In this document: positions 26,501 through 38,699 of the stretch, one piece after another
How positions within the stretch are numbered: the stretch's first letter is position 1
Layout: every line of letters begins with the position of its first letter
From: Octopus bimaculoides
Lineage: Eukaryota
Assembly: GCF_001194135.2 (NCBI RefSeq)
Contig: NC_068990.1
Coordinates: 91,757,674-91,821,673 of the forward strand
DNA: 64,000 nucleotides
Direction: 5' to 3'
Notes under the pieces: generated by a model
Database searches by the model: none
Told to the model about the DNA's origin: nothing
What the model saw: the letters and a program-made list of their open reading frames with translations, nothing else
Made by a program: the position numbers and the translations under genes

Positions 26501-27165
26501 TCCTACGCCTGTGTAAGTTCTTTTCACAGTCACGATGTCACGCGTTCAATTCCAACACCGTTGCAACTCGGACATAAACCCTTTTGCTGTCACCATGGAC
26601 CGATCGAAGCTTTCTTAATTAATGAACTCTGACAGACGGAAACTATGAGGAAGCCTGACATTTCCATCGTATACATCCATCTTTTTCGCAAAAATAACAC
26701 TCTGATTATGATTGAGCATTCGCGCAAAGACTATTTGCGTTTTTGAGATACTCAGCCATGTCTGCTATATTACAACGTTGATGAAATCGTGTCTCGTGGA
26801 CCGCGTGTGGCCCTTGAAGCTACTATGTAAGGCACTTTGCATATTAGGTTCAGTATGAATTCCCTTAAGGTGCTTTTCTCTAGGGATGCAGAAACGGAAT
26901 TCACACACACACACACATGTTGTGTGGTAAGCTTCTCAACCACAGGGTACCGGGGTCAGTCCCACTGCGTGTCACAACAGTTCCGCGCAAACCAAAGCCC
27001 TGTAAGTGACTTCCATTAAAAGAAAACTGAGAGAAGCCCGTAATATATCAATATATATTCTTTTAAAAAAATGTACTGGGGTCGAGCTGTTCGACTAAAC
27101 GCCTCAATGTAGTGCACTAGCATGGCCGCAATCGAAAAGCAGAAACAAGTAAAACCTAAAAGATA

Positions 27166-27610
27166 GTGGCTGCATCGTATGTAGTTTGCTTACCAACCAC
27201 ATGGTTCCTGGTTCAGTCCCACTGCATGGCACTTTGGACAAGTGTCTTCTACTATAGTCTTGGGCCGACTAAAGCCTTGTGAGTGGATTTGGTACATGGA
27301 AACTGAAAGAAGCCCGTCGTATGTATATATATATATATGTTTGAGTGTCTGTGTTAGTCCCCTCCTCACCATCGCTTGACAATCGATGCTGGTGTGTTTA
27401 CGACCCCGTAACCTAGCGGTTCAGCAAAAGTAATCGATAGAAAAGGTACTAGGCTTACAGAGAATAAGTCCTGGTACCAATTTGTTCGACTAAAGGCGGT
27501 GCTCCAGCATGGCCGCAGTCAAATGACTGAAACAAATAAAAGAATAGAATAAAGAATCTATATAGTGCCCCAGCATGGCCGCAGTCTAATGACTGAAACA
27601 AGCAAAATAT
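27166..27610 (+). mobile_element. SINE family C, near full length with duplicated 3' tail; an older copy lies just upstream (about 26915-27155)
   Basis: Complete head, body and tail. CCAGCATGGCCGCAGTC..ATGACTGAAACAA occurs twice (about 27504 and 27570). Confidence 0.88.
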
Positions 27611-27782
27611 ATGTATGTATGTTATAACGAATATGAAGATAAAGACGAGGCGTTTGTGTCTTAAATAATTTTGTGCCCCAGCCGCACAATAATACAATGA
27701 CTTCGCTGTTTCTTTGTGTAAAGAACTGGTATATAGCCATCGTCGAGACTGACGGAAGACCCGATTACTTTATGCTCGTTTC

Positions 27783-27985
27783 TTTTGGTACAAGGCTAGT
27801 AAATCTGAGTAGTGGGGAAGTCGATGACATCGATCTCAGTGCTCAGCTAGTGATTGATTTATCGACCACAGAAAGACAAAAAGCGAGGTCGACTTTGGCA
27901 ACATTCGAACTCGGAACGTGAAGTCAGATGAAATGCTCCTAAGCATTTTGTTCGACGCGCTAACGATTCTGCCAGCTCGCTGCTC
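27783..27985 (-). mobile_element. SINE family A, degenerate
   Basis: GCTAACGATTCTGCCAGCTCGC head and ATCGACC..GAAAGA..AAAGCGAGGTCGAC core on the minus strand. Confidence 0.75.
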
Positions 27986-28355
27986 TTAATCTCATCACTT
28001 ATAACGTGGGTGCGTGTGTGCGTGAGTGTGGGTGTGTGCGAGTATGTGTGTGAGTGAGTGTGTGTGTGTGTGTATTTAAATGTGTGGGTATGTTGGCGTG
28101 CGTGAATGCCTATGCGTACGTATGAGTGTATCTATGTGGATGAATAAATGCGTGATTAAGTGCTTATGTGTTTGTATGTGCATGTGTGCGCGTGTGTGTA
28201 TATGTGTGTGAGACTGTCAGAGCGACTGTGTGTAAGTCTGTGTGTGTGTGTGTGAATGTATAAAGGTATGTGCGTGCGTGTTTGTGAATGTGTGTATTTG
28301 TGTGTGTGTGTGTGTATGTATGAGTGTGTGTGTGTGTGTGTCAGAGAGAGAGAGA

Positions 28356-28414
<59 letters not shown>

Positions 28415-29071
28415 NNNNNNNNNNNNNNNNNNNNNNNNNNNNNNNNNNNNNNNNNNNNNNNNNNNNNNNNNNNNNNNNNNNNNNNNNNNNNNNNNNNNNN
28501 NNNNNNNNNNNNNNNNNNNNNNNNNNNNNNNNNNNNNNNNNNNNNNNNNNNNNNNNNNNNNNNNNNNNNNNNNNNNNNNNNNNNNNNNNNNNNNNNNNNN
28601 NNNNNNNNNNNNNNNNNNNNNNNNNNNNNNNNNNNNNNNNNNNNNNNNNNNNNNNNNNNNNNNNNNNNNNNNNNNNNNNNNNNNNNNNNNNNNNNNNNNN
28701 NNNNNNNNNNNNNNNNNNNNNNNNNNNNNNNNNNNNNNNNNNNNNNNNNNNNNNNNNNNNNNNNNNNNNNNNNNNNNNNNNNNNNNNNNNNNNNNNNNNN
28801 NNNNNNNNNNNNNNNNNNNNNNNNNNNNNNNNNNNNNNNNNNNNNNNNNNNNNNNNNNNNNNNNNNNNNNNNNNNNNNNNNNNNNNNNNNNNNNNNNNNN
28901 NNNNNNNNNNNNNNNNNNNNNNNNNNNNNNNNNNNNNNNNNNNNNNNNNNNNNNNNNNNNNNNNNNNNNNNNNNNNNNNNNNNNNNNNNNNNNNNNNNNN
29001 NNNNNNNNNNNNNNNNNNNNNNNNNNNNNNNNNNNNNNNNNNNNNNNNNNNNNNNNNNNNNNNNNNNNNNN

Positions 29072-29109
<38 letters not shown>

Positions 29110-29113
29110 GATA

Positions 29114-29160
<47 letters not shown>

Positions 29161-29391
29161 AATATATATGTATGCTTACACACACTTACGTATATATATA
29201 TATATATACATACACACACACCAACATATGTGTGTGTACATATACATATATACAATATACATATGCATTTATATGCATGTACGTATGTACGTAGGTATGT
29301 ATACGGACACAAATACCTAAATATTTGTTTTCGTTGGTGTCACATTTTGTACGATTATTATTATTATTATCTCTACTACTACTACTACTAC

Positions 29392-29442
<51 letters not shown>

Positions 29443-29662
29443 TAATAATGATAATACTGCTACGGCTACTGCTACTACTATTGCTTAAGTACATTTGTAT
29501 TGTATGCCTTCATTGCACAATCAAATGCAGGTCTGTGTGGTTTCCTCAGTGCTTTCTCCTACGTGTGTACGTTTTCTATCGTCTTTAAAAGTACACGAGT
29601 GTGCACAGGAGCCGTAGTGATATATTTCTTTGCATAATAGAACTCTGTGTGTGTGAGTATGT

Positions 29663-29694
<32 letters not shown>

Positions 29695-30276
29695 CTGTGT
29701 GTGTGTTCGTGCGTGCGTGTAAATCCTGCAGCTCTGGTGATGTATTTGTCCCAATCTTATATGTTTTTTACCATTCCCAAGACACTTAGTATTCTGGGGA
29801 TTGTTTCTACTTTCAATCACCATATTCTGGTTGTCTATTTCTAGGTACTGGATAACAACTTCGTGTCTTATATGTGCGTGTATACATACATNNNNNNNNN
29901 NNNNNNNNNNNNNNNNNNNNNNNNNNNNNNNNNNNNNNNNNNNNNNNNNNNNNNNNNNNNNNNNNNNNNNNNNNNNNNNNNNNNNNNNNNNNNNNNNNNN
30001 NNNNNNNNNNNNNNNNNNNNNNNNNNNNNNNNNNNNNNNNNNNNNNNNNNNNNNNNNNNNNNNNNNNNNNNNNNNNNNNNNNNNNNNNNNNNNNNNNNNN
30101 NNNNNNNNNNNNNNNNNNNNNNNNNNNNNNNNNNNNNNNNNNNNNNNNNNNNNNNNNNNNNNNNNNNNNNNNNNNNNNNNNNNNNNNNNNNNNNNNNNNN
30201 NNNNNNNNNNNNNNNNNNNNNNNNNNNNNNNNNNNNNNNNNNNTATATATATACATATATATATATATATATACAT

Positions 30277-30316
<40 letters not shown>

Positions 30317-31799
30317 GTGTGTGTGTGCGTTTGTGAGTATATATATATACAATGTACATATATGCGCGTGTGTGTATACGCACATATATATACACACACG
30401 CATGCACGCACACATATACACACAAGGACACACATATGTATGCTTGTGTGTGTGTGTCTGTGTGTGTGTGTGTGTCATATACATATCACCCAACGGAATA
30501 CATGCTTCAATTATCATTCTTCTTTTTCTTTTTCTTCTTCTACCTCCTCTTCTTCCTTTTCTCCTCCTCCTCCTTTTTCTTCTAATTCTTTTTTTTCTTC
30601 TTCTTCTTCTTCTTCTTCTTCTTCTTCTTCTTCTTCTTCTTCTTCTTCTTCTAATTATTCTAATTCTTATTATTACTATTTCATGTGTGCGCACGCGTTG
30701 ACAGAAACCCCATTTGAAAAATAACTTCTTACCAGATTGCTGAATGAATTTTTTTTTTCTCTCCATTTTACAAACAAAAGAGTTTGAGCTTACTCGCAAC
30801 TCCATCCCCATTATCTGGAGTAGACAAATGGTTCTTGTCTAGTGTTGCATTTAGATGTACATATATTTTTGCGAACCGCCATTTTCATCGTTGTTTGTAT
30901 CTCAGTATGGCCAGATTCCAGTAGCGGGACAAAATAGTCACAAAGGTGGTAGTAAACTTCATGTCGAAAAAGATGTGTAACGCCTTTAGAAATGTTTGCG
31001 AACACCAAGGTAGACTTTTAAAAGAATCGTGAGACAGTGACAATGAAGTAGACACAGATTCACGTACAGGCATTTACAGATGCACTTTAAAAATTTCAAA
31101 ACGTGATGAGAATATCAATTTGAATTACAAAACACAGAAAAAATAAGATCTATGTTAACAATAACGAGAGTAACAGCCACAACGATAATTCTTCATTTCG
31201 TCTTTTGCTAGTGTTGCAAATCGAAAGAAGGCATTGGACATGAGAGCAAGCCGCGGGCAAAAGAAAATATGTGGGAAAGCTATAATGGGAAAAACCTTTG
31301 CTAGAATTTTAGCCAAGAGGGGTCAAAGAAGAAAGAAGAAGAACTTTGTCCTTGATATTTGCTATCAAAAAAAAATGGAATAAAATAATAAATAGAAAAC
31401 AAAACAAGACTAATTTCTCTATGTTTCAGAAAAATGAGTTGAATCGATCCCTGAACGATGTATGATGGGACAGATATTCCCTCAACGAGAACAGGATATA
31501 TGGAAGCATGGCTCAATGAAGGCCGAAGAAGAGATGAGGGTCCGAGCAAAAGCTCCACCTAATTGCATTGAAGTATTGAGAACGAGATGGAGTCTGGAAA
31601 ATGAGAGCAATTCATCGAAGTCAATAGAAAGCGGTTAAAAACTGACGATTTTAGGCTAAAGACAGTCAGAGAGCTGGTAGTTCCAGATGGGAGGGGAGGG
31701 TGTAGCTGATATGATTAACTTCAGATCATGATTGGTACTTTATTTATCGACCCTTAATGGTTAAAAGCCAAAATTGATCTCGATGGGAGCAGTTAGTAA

Positions 31800-31990
31800 A
31801 AGGTTAGACACATTACTTGAGAAGCTAGGACTTACTATCAGAACGAAGCCATTGCAGAAAACAGCCTTGTTAGGAACAGCGAGGATTCTAAGGAGGGTGT
31901 TAGAAAGTTGAAGGAGAAGGGCCCAAAGGACTCTTGACCATTAGATATGGCTCGCTCTTTTGGTATAGTGTTAGTATAACATCTGGCAGA
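31800..31990 (+). mobile_element. 3' terminus of an R4/Dong-like element
   Basis: EKLGLTIRTKPLQKTALLGTARILRRVLES* (stop at 31909-31911), then a short UTR and (AAT)n. Confidence 0.8.
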
Positions 31991-31994
31991 AGAC

Positions 31995-32049
<55 letters not shown>

Positions 32050-32053
<4 letters not shown>

Positions 32054-32210
32054 ATTTTGGCTGACGGCCAGCAGTGTCGAGGGAGGGGTTAAGTCGACTA
32101 GCTCGACCCCAGTATGCAACTGATACTTATTTTATTGACTTCGAAAGAATGAAAGACGAAGTCGGTCATAGCGGCATTTGAACTCAGAACTTAAAAACGA
32201 ACGAAATGCA
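32050..32210 (-). mobile_element. SINE family A, degenerate and 5'-truncated
   Basis: TCGACCCCAGTATGCAACTG.TACTTATTTTATTGAC..CGAAAG.ATGAAAG.C.AAGTC..ATTTGAACTCAGAAC. Confidence 0.7.
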
Positions 32211-32237
32211 GCAGCAGCAGCAGTAGCAGCAGCAGCG

Positions 32238-32297
<60 letters not shown>

Positions 32298-32724
32298 AGG
32301 AGGAGAAAGAAAAGTAAGGAAAGAAGAAGAAGAAGAAGAAGAAGAAGAAGAAGAACAAGAAGAAGAACAAGAACAAGAACAAGAACAAGAACAAGAACAA
32401 GAACAACAACAACAACAACAAAATCAAATACCAACAACAACAACAACGACGAAAAAGCGAAATAAAGTCGAAGCGAAAGAGGTTGACATATTTTCACAGA
32501 GCAAACTCGTGGTGTGGTTGTACCGAAGAAATCTTCTGTAACTCTTGGAGAATGTTTATCCTCACCTTGATGTCTGCTGGAACGGCTGGTGCGTAGACAT
32601 GGTCGACTGCTATGTCTCACATCAGACTTCAGCCTCACTGGTCACAGGAAGATGAGACGGATCAGTGGTTGGCTGGTTCGCTAGTTCGGCGGGACAAGTT
32701 TTACACTTGTTGTATATTATCATG

Positions 32725-32762
<38 letters not shown>

Positions 32763-32935
32763 TATTATTATTATTATTATTATTATTCCCAACTGATGAA
32801 TAAAGTTCTTTATATAATTACACAAACACATCCATACATACATACATACATACACACGAACAAATATATATATATATACACACACACAAACACACAGATA
32901 TACACAGGCACATTATATATGTATGTGCATATATG

Positions 32936-32968
<33 letters not shown>

Positions 32969-33490
32969 TATTGTGTGTGTATGTATGTGCGTGTGTCTGC
33001 GTGCGTGCGTGCGCAAGTTCTTTTTTTCTCATTTTCAATACGAAAAGGATTTAAACAAAATTTTTTCTATGTCAGAGGTCAAAGGTGTCTGGCGGGTTCT
33101 CGGCGTTCTTCTCAGGACGCGTAACACACTTAATGTTTGAATTGGTATCTCATTTATTTATTTATTTATGTTTATTTATTTATTTATTTGTTTTGCTGCA
33201 AGACTGAAGATGTGGGGCAAACTTGTTGATAAACTATCTGCTGCTTCCAGAATCGCTGGCCTTGTACTGAAAGCTTAGAAACCATTATCATCTATAAGAC
33301 CGGCAGAAAGCAAAAACCTTTTGAATGTCAGGCAAAGTGCGCTGCGTTATTTCTCCCGATCCTTGAAGTTCTGCGTTCAGATCTCGCCTTTAATCCTTTC
33401 GGGATCCGATTAAAAAAATTACCATTTATGCACGAGGATTCATGTAATCGATAAACACCTTACCTGAATCATTATTCAGGTAAGGTGAAG

Positions 33491-33707
33491 GGTGGTGAGC
33501 TGGCAGAATCGTTAGCACGCCGGGCGAAATGCTTAGCGCTATTTCGTCTGAGTTCAAATTCCACCGAGGTAGACTTTGCCTTTCATCCTTTCAGAGTCAA
33601 TTAAATAAGTACCAGTTACGTACTGGAGTCGTGTAATCGACTTAATTCCTTTGTCTGCCATTGTTTGTCCCCTCTATATTTAGCCCCTTGTGGGGAATAA
33701 AGAAATA
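33491..33707 (+). mobile_element. SINE family A
   Basis: Head and core as at 2514; tail TTGTTTGTCCCCTCTATATTTAGCCCCTTGTGGG..AATAAAGAAAT. Confidence 0.87.
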
Positions 33708-33929
33708 AATATTCAGGTTGTATGAATTTACTATAAACAATTGTTGCCCTCTCCAAGGCGGTGGATTTGGTAGAATTGTTAAAACATCGGTTTTCGTTCC
33801 AGTTCTTCACACACGCAGTTCAAATCCCACTAAGCTTAGCTTTCATCTTTTCAGGGTCGATGAAATAAAGTACTTGTCAGGTACTAGAGCTGATGGATTC
33901 GTCTCCAAAATTCAGATATTTTGTCTGTT

Positions 33930-33938
33930 CATTATTTA

Positions 33939-34013
<75 letters not shown>

Positions 34014-34155
34014 AGTCACTGCCTGGAATTGAACTCGGAATCTTAGAGTTAGTAGCCCGTGCTCTTACTGCCCACAGGAGGAGGGGCTAAACATAGAGGA
34101 GATAACCCCAAGATTCCGAGTTCAATTCCAGGCAGTGACCTGAATAATAATAATG

Positions 34156-34216
<61 letters not shown>

Positions 34217-34429
34217 TGATGATGATGATGATGATGACGATGATAATAATAATAACATCGAAAAATTCCTTAGGAATGAGAACCCAGGTTCGAAATTTCC
34301 CCAAGACACCTGATGAAGGCTGGAGGGTATATCAGCCGAAACGTTATGTTAACAACAAACAAGATGAGAACAAACATCCATCAAATGTAAATAATGTACA
34401 TAATTCCTCATCTCTTCAATATAGAACTG
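33930..34429 (+). mobile_element. SINE D composite insertion: inverted partial arm plus forward arm, 13-bp TSD
   Basis: TATTTTGTCTGTT at 33917-33929 and 34430-34442. The left arm starts CATTATTTACAT and contains the reverse-complement head; the right arm ends GAACTG. Confidence 0.85.
34305..34350 (+). ncRNA. Hammerhead motif in SINE D, core intact, first stem I pair mismatched
   Basis: GACAC-CTGATGA-A-GGCTG(GAGGGTATAT)CAGCC-GAA-ACGT-T-ATGTT. Confidence 0.7.
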
Positions 34430-34515
34430 TATTTTGTCTGTTATAAACCATTATTTTCTCCAGAACTATAGACTAGAAGAATTATTCAAGCTTCAGAAAA
34501 AAACGACTTTCAGAT

Positions 34516-34689
34516 ATTTGTTCGAGCGGCCTTTTGACTAAGATCAAAGTGTAACACCTTTTCTTATCATCTTGATATTTGATTCTATCCCTAATTGAGG
34601 TCATCGGTATTAAATTGAATTTTAGAACGAGGCGAAGAGTCTTTGCTCTGGTTTGGTCTGGCATTCGAGTGGTTTTGTGATTCAACCCA
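34516..34689 (+). pseudogene. U2 snRNA pseudogene, near full length
   Basis: CGGCCTTTTGACTAAGATCAAAGTGTA matches the U2 5' region with one mismatch. It is followed by TTCTTATCA..TT.ATAT.TGAT, a decayed Sm site and GG.TTGG.C.GG.ATT..AGT. The branch-point recognition sequence GTAGTA is mutated to GTAACA. Confidence 0.85.
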
Positions 34690-34695
34690 TATTTT

Positions 34696-34801
34696 GTACT
34701 TGGTTCAGCAATACATTCAATAAAATTGCAACAATAGGGGGGAAATTAGCATAGCCCCTGCGTAAGGGTGACATACAAATTTGTGGAATGTTCCATGTTT
34801 T
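34696..34801 (+). pseudogene. U6 snRNA pseudogene, full length
   Basis: The last 57 nt match canonical U6 (ATTAGCATGGCCCCTGCGCAAGGATGACACGCAAATTCGTGAAGCGTTCCATATTTT, recalled from memory) at 47/57, all mismatches transitions. The 5' part reads GTACTTG.TTC..CA..TAAAATTG.AAC. The ACAGAGA box is destroyed. Confidence 0.9.
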
Positions 34802-35046
34802 ATTTAAAATAATGCGGTACCCCTGCATAGCCGCAATCCATTCACTAAAATTACTTGAAGGATAAAAAAAAATACTGTGCTCAAATCTACAAACACACTT
34901 GCCTTTAACGTTTCGGATTTTCTACTTACATCAGAAACAATTTTTACATTCAAAATGGCACTGGATGACAGAAACTTCGAAGCGTTGACCAAAGAACCTT
35001 GCAGCATTTAATTACGGAACTTTATTGACGTTACTGTTGTTTCTGT

Positions 35047-35081
<35 letters not shown>

Positions 35082-35169
35082 TGTTGTTGTTGTTGCTCTT
35101 CCTGTTGTTTCAATAGTTATATTTGTGGATGTTTAGTCCCAGTTTGGCTCTCATTGAGAAGATACATGG

Positions 35170-35800
35170 TCAGAAGGATTCGAGTCTTTTGTAGGGCGAG
35201 GCCTACCTTTTCCCATGTTCCCTTCATTATTAAACGATGGCCTGTAATTTGACGGAGTTAAATTTCACTACTATATCAAGCAAGTCGAATGACCACATCA
35301 AGGCTCCCAGCGTATGTTGTCCTTCTGCCGGTTCATTAGATAATTTAACATCTCATTGCAGTGGGAAAGCAAACAAGTTAGCTTCATGGACGGGTTTCCT
35401 CCGCCCGCGATGTAATTTATCTATTCCAAAATGGCGACTAGTTTACTCGCCAAGTATTAAAAAATTAGTCTCGTAAAGAGAAAACCAATACCGGAATTGA
35501 TAGAGATTCTTTATTGGCTGCTTCTTTTGTTGCAACGTTTCCTTCTTCTCCATCTGCAAAGACAAGAAAGTCCTGTTCAGACACTGCAGTTTCAGGGTTT
35601 CTTAGTATTTTTCTTATGTTCCTGCAACAGGAAACTGATACCAGATGTCGGACCGAAGATTCACTGTACCGTGATTCATGTGTTTGATGTTTTCATCCAT
35701 CCATGTCCACCGAAGAATAAAGAGGTTTGGCGCTGAAATATCAAATAGTTTTTATCTTTGTGATGCACCAATTTACCCCACATTTCGCCCCCTTTATCGA
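35170..35800 (-). mobile_element. Heavily decayed RTE-like LINE, RT C-terminal region
   Basis: Fragments LFILRWTWMDENIKHMN, CRNIRKILRN and GKGRPRP appear in the order expected for LLYxxETWT..CLRKIL..RGRP. Confidence 0.45.
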
Positions 35801-36205
35801 ATAAACACCTATTTACACGAACTATTAGCCATATTAGCAATGTTATCCGACCACCCGAGCCCCCTACGCTTGCCCAGCTAGAAATAGCAGATAAATAATG
35901 CTGCATTATCGTCTTAATTAAGAAAAGATGGGATTGTCATGGCTGTAACACCTTTGACCACAGGTCTTCTGGATTGGAGCTATTCTGGGGCTAAACAAAA
36001 AACAACAATAATAACTATCAAAGGGGCAGTCCACTGTATCCCCTGCTCCATCAAACAAAACCAACCTAAACACAAACGCTCCACAGGATTATCAGATTAA
36101 CGGATTAACAGATTAAGAGACCCGGGCAAATTTCTCCTCTGTTCTAGGAGAATGTTTAAACTGGTTCTCGCCTCTCACTCGCAAAGGTTTTGTAATACAG
36201 CAGGA

Positions 36206-36244
<39 letters not shown>

Positions 36245-36284
36245 GAGATATGCGAGAGAGAAAGACTATGAGAGAGAAGCGAGA

Positions 36285-36325
<41 letters not shown>

Positions 36326-36756
36326 GAATTGGATGTTTTATCCACAAATCTAACAGGAATTAACATCTAATGCCGTTTACGTTAGGAATGTGTCACAGGT
36401 GATTCTAATCCAAAGAGCCAGCATTCGGTAATTCAGCGATGCTAACGAGACAAATATTACCTATGATCGACTGACGTCTTCTTATCCAGGAGAATAACGG
36501 GAATTAATGCGAAAATTATTGGATATCTTTATTCTAACCAACCAAGACTTCGAATTTTGGAAGAGGGACGCAGGCGTCCTATCGAGTTTATTCTCCACCC
36601 CGAAGGGATGAACGCTAAAATTGTTCTAAGAAGGATTCGAACTCACGCCTTTATTATGACCAACAGGTGGGAGTGATGGGGGAAGGTGTCACGACTCTCA
36701 TCTTTGCATAAATGTTAATATGCATAACTGGACCTTGTAACATACAGAATTACTAC

Positions 36757-36815
<59 letters not shown>

Positions 36816-36842
36816 TTACTACTACTACTACTACTGATGATG

Positions 36843-36876
<34 letters not shown>

Positions 36877-36883
36877 TGATGAA

Positions 36884-36915
<32 letters not shown>

Positions 36916-37583
36916 CGATGATGATGATGATACAACTACAACAAAAAGTTGAAGTGGGTTAGAAAATCAACGTAGTGTGTCAAAAAAGTAAAAATTCTCG
37001 CCCTCCCCTCCACTACGCTTAATCCTCTCCTATCATGCCCACCCATCATCATCAACCACACCCCCTCTTCTTTTTCTTAAACTTTTAGATCAAACTCGAC
37101 CCCACCCCCACTTACACACACACCTCCCCCGAGCCCCCACCAGGCACCAACATACCCCTCCCTCCACCCGCTCACCTCACACCCCCTCCTTACTTCCCCC
37201 CATGAAATGAAATGTCTTCTTCCTGCTGAGAAGTAAGATATTAACCATTTTTTTTGTTTAACACCCGCGTTCAACGCACACACTCACACAGACACACACA
37301 CACATACATACATGTGCATGTACGCTGACGCACATACATATACACAGCTGCACACACATACACACACAAGCACATGCGTGTGTGTGTGTATGTACATACG
37401 TATAAACACATACACATACGCACACATTTATAAAAAGGACGGAAACATGAAAGAGAGACAGAGACAGAAGGTCAGACAGACAGACAGACAAATGTAGAGA
37501 GAAGCATGGATATAGCGAGGAGAGATACAGACAGGCAGCAGTCAGTCAGAAACAGAGAAAGATATAGTGAGACAGTGACAGAA

Positions 37584-37634
<51 letters not shown>

Positions 37635-37737
37635 GAGAAACTGACAGAGAAATATGGAGTCAAATATAGAGAGACAGAGTGAGAGAGAGAAAAATTGACC
37701 GAGAGAGACAAAGCGTTACCATCAAAGATGCACACAC

Positions 37738-37770
<33 letters not shown>

Positions 37771-38150
37771 TATATATATATATATATATATACATACACG
37801 TATATACATACATATATATATATATATCTACTTATACATATATATAAATATATATATATATACATATATATATTAATAAATATATACATAGATATATATA
37901 TACATATATATAGATATACATACATATATATACACATATATATATCCATATACATATATACATATATATATGTATATGTATATATGTATGTATATATGTG
38001 TATATATATGTATGTATATATATATATATATATATATACAACCAAGGAGCAGGAGTAGGAGTAGGAAGTGAAACAAAGAGAGAGGATGCGAGAGAAAGAA
38101 AATAGACGGAGTGTGTGTGAGAGAGAGAGGGAACAGAAGGAGAGTGACAT

Positions 38151-38189
<39 letters not shown>

Positions 38190-38604
38190 TGAAATGAAAT
38201 GACACAGCAAGAGTACATCAAATCCGAGTCTGGGAAAATCATTTTTAGAAAAGCCGTGATTCATTTTGATTATATTATTGTATTTATTATTTTATTATAT
38301 TATTTTATTATATTATTTTGTTATATTATTTTATTATATTATTTTTATATGTTTATTTCTTTTTTGTTTTGTAAACAAAAACCAGTAACAAAATATACAA
38401 AAAAAAGCAAGGAAAAGACCTGGAATTTTGTAATTTATTTATTTATTTGCGTGTGTGTATATGTGTGTCCGTACTGTTTACCGCTGTGTCACTTATTGTC
38501 CCGCCGTGACATGGCGCATCGACAAATAGGGTTTTTCTACAATAAGTATCAGACTACGAAAAGCAAAAACTGTCCTGGAGAGGATGAGCCGGTCTAGATA
38601 GATG

Positions 38605-38672
<68 letters not shown>

Positions 38673-38699
38673 TAGATATAGATATAAGAGTAATACTAG

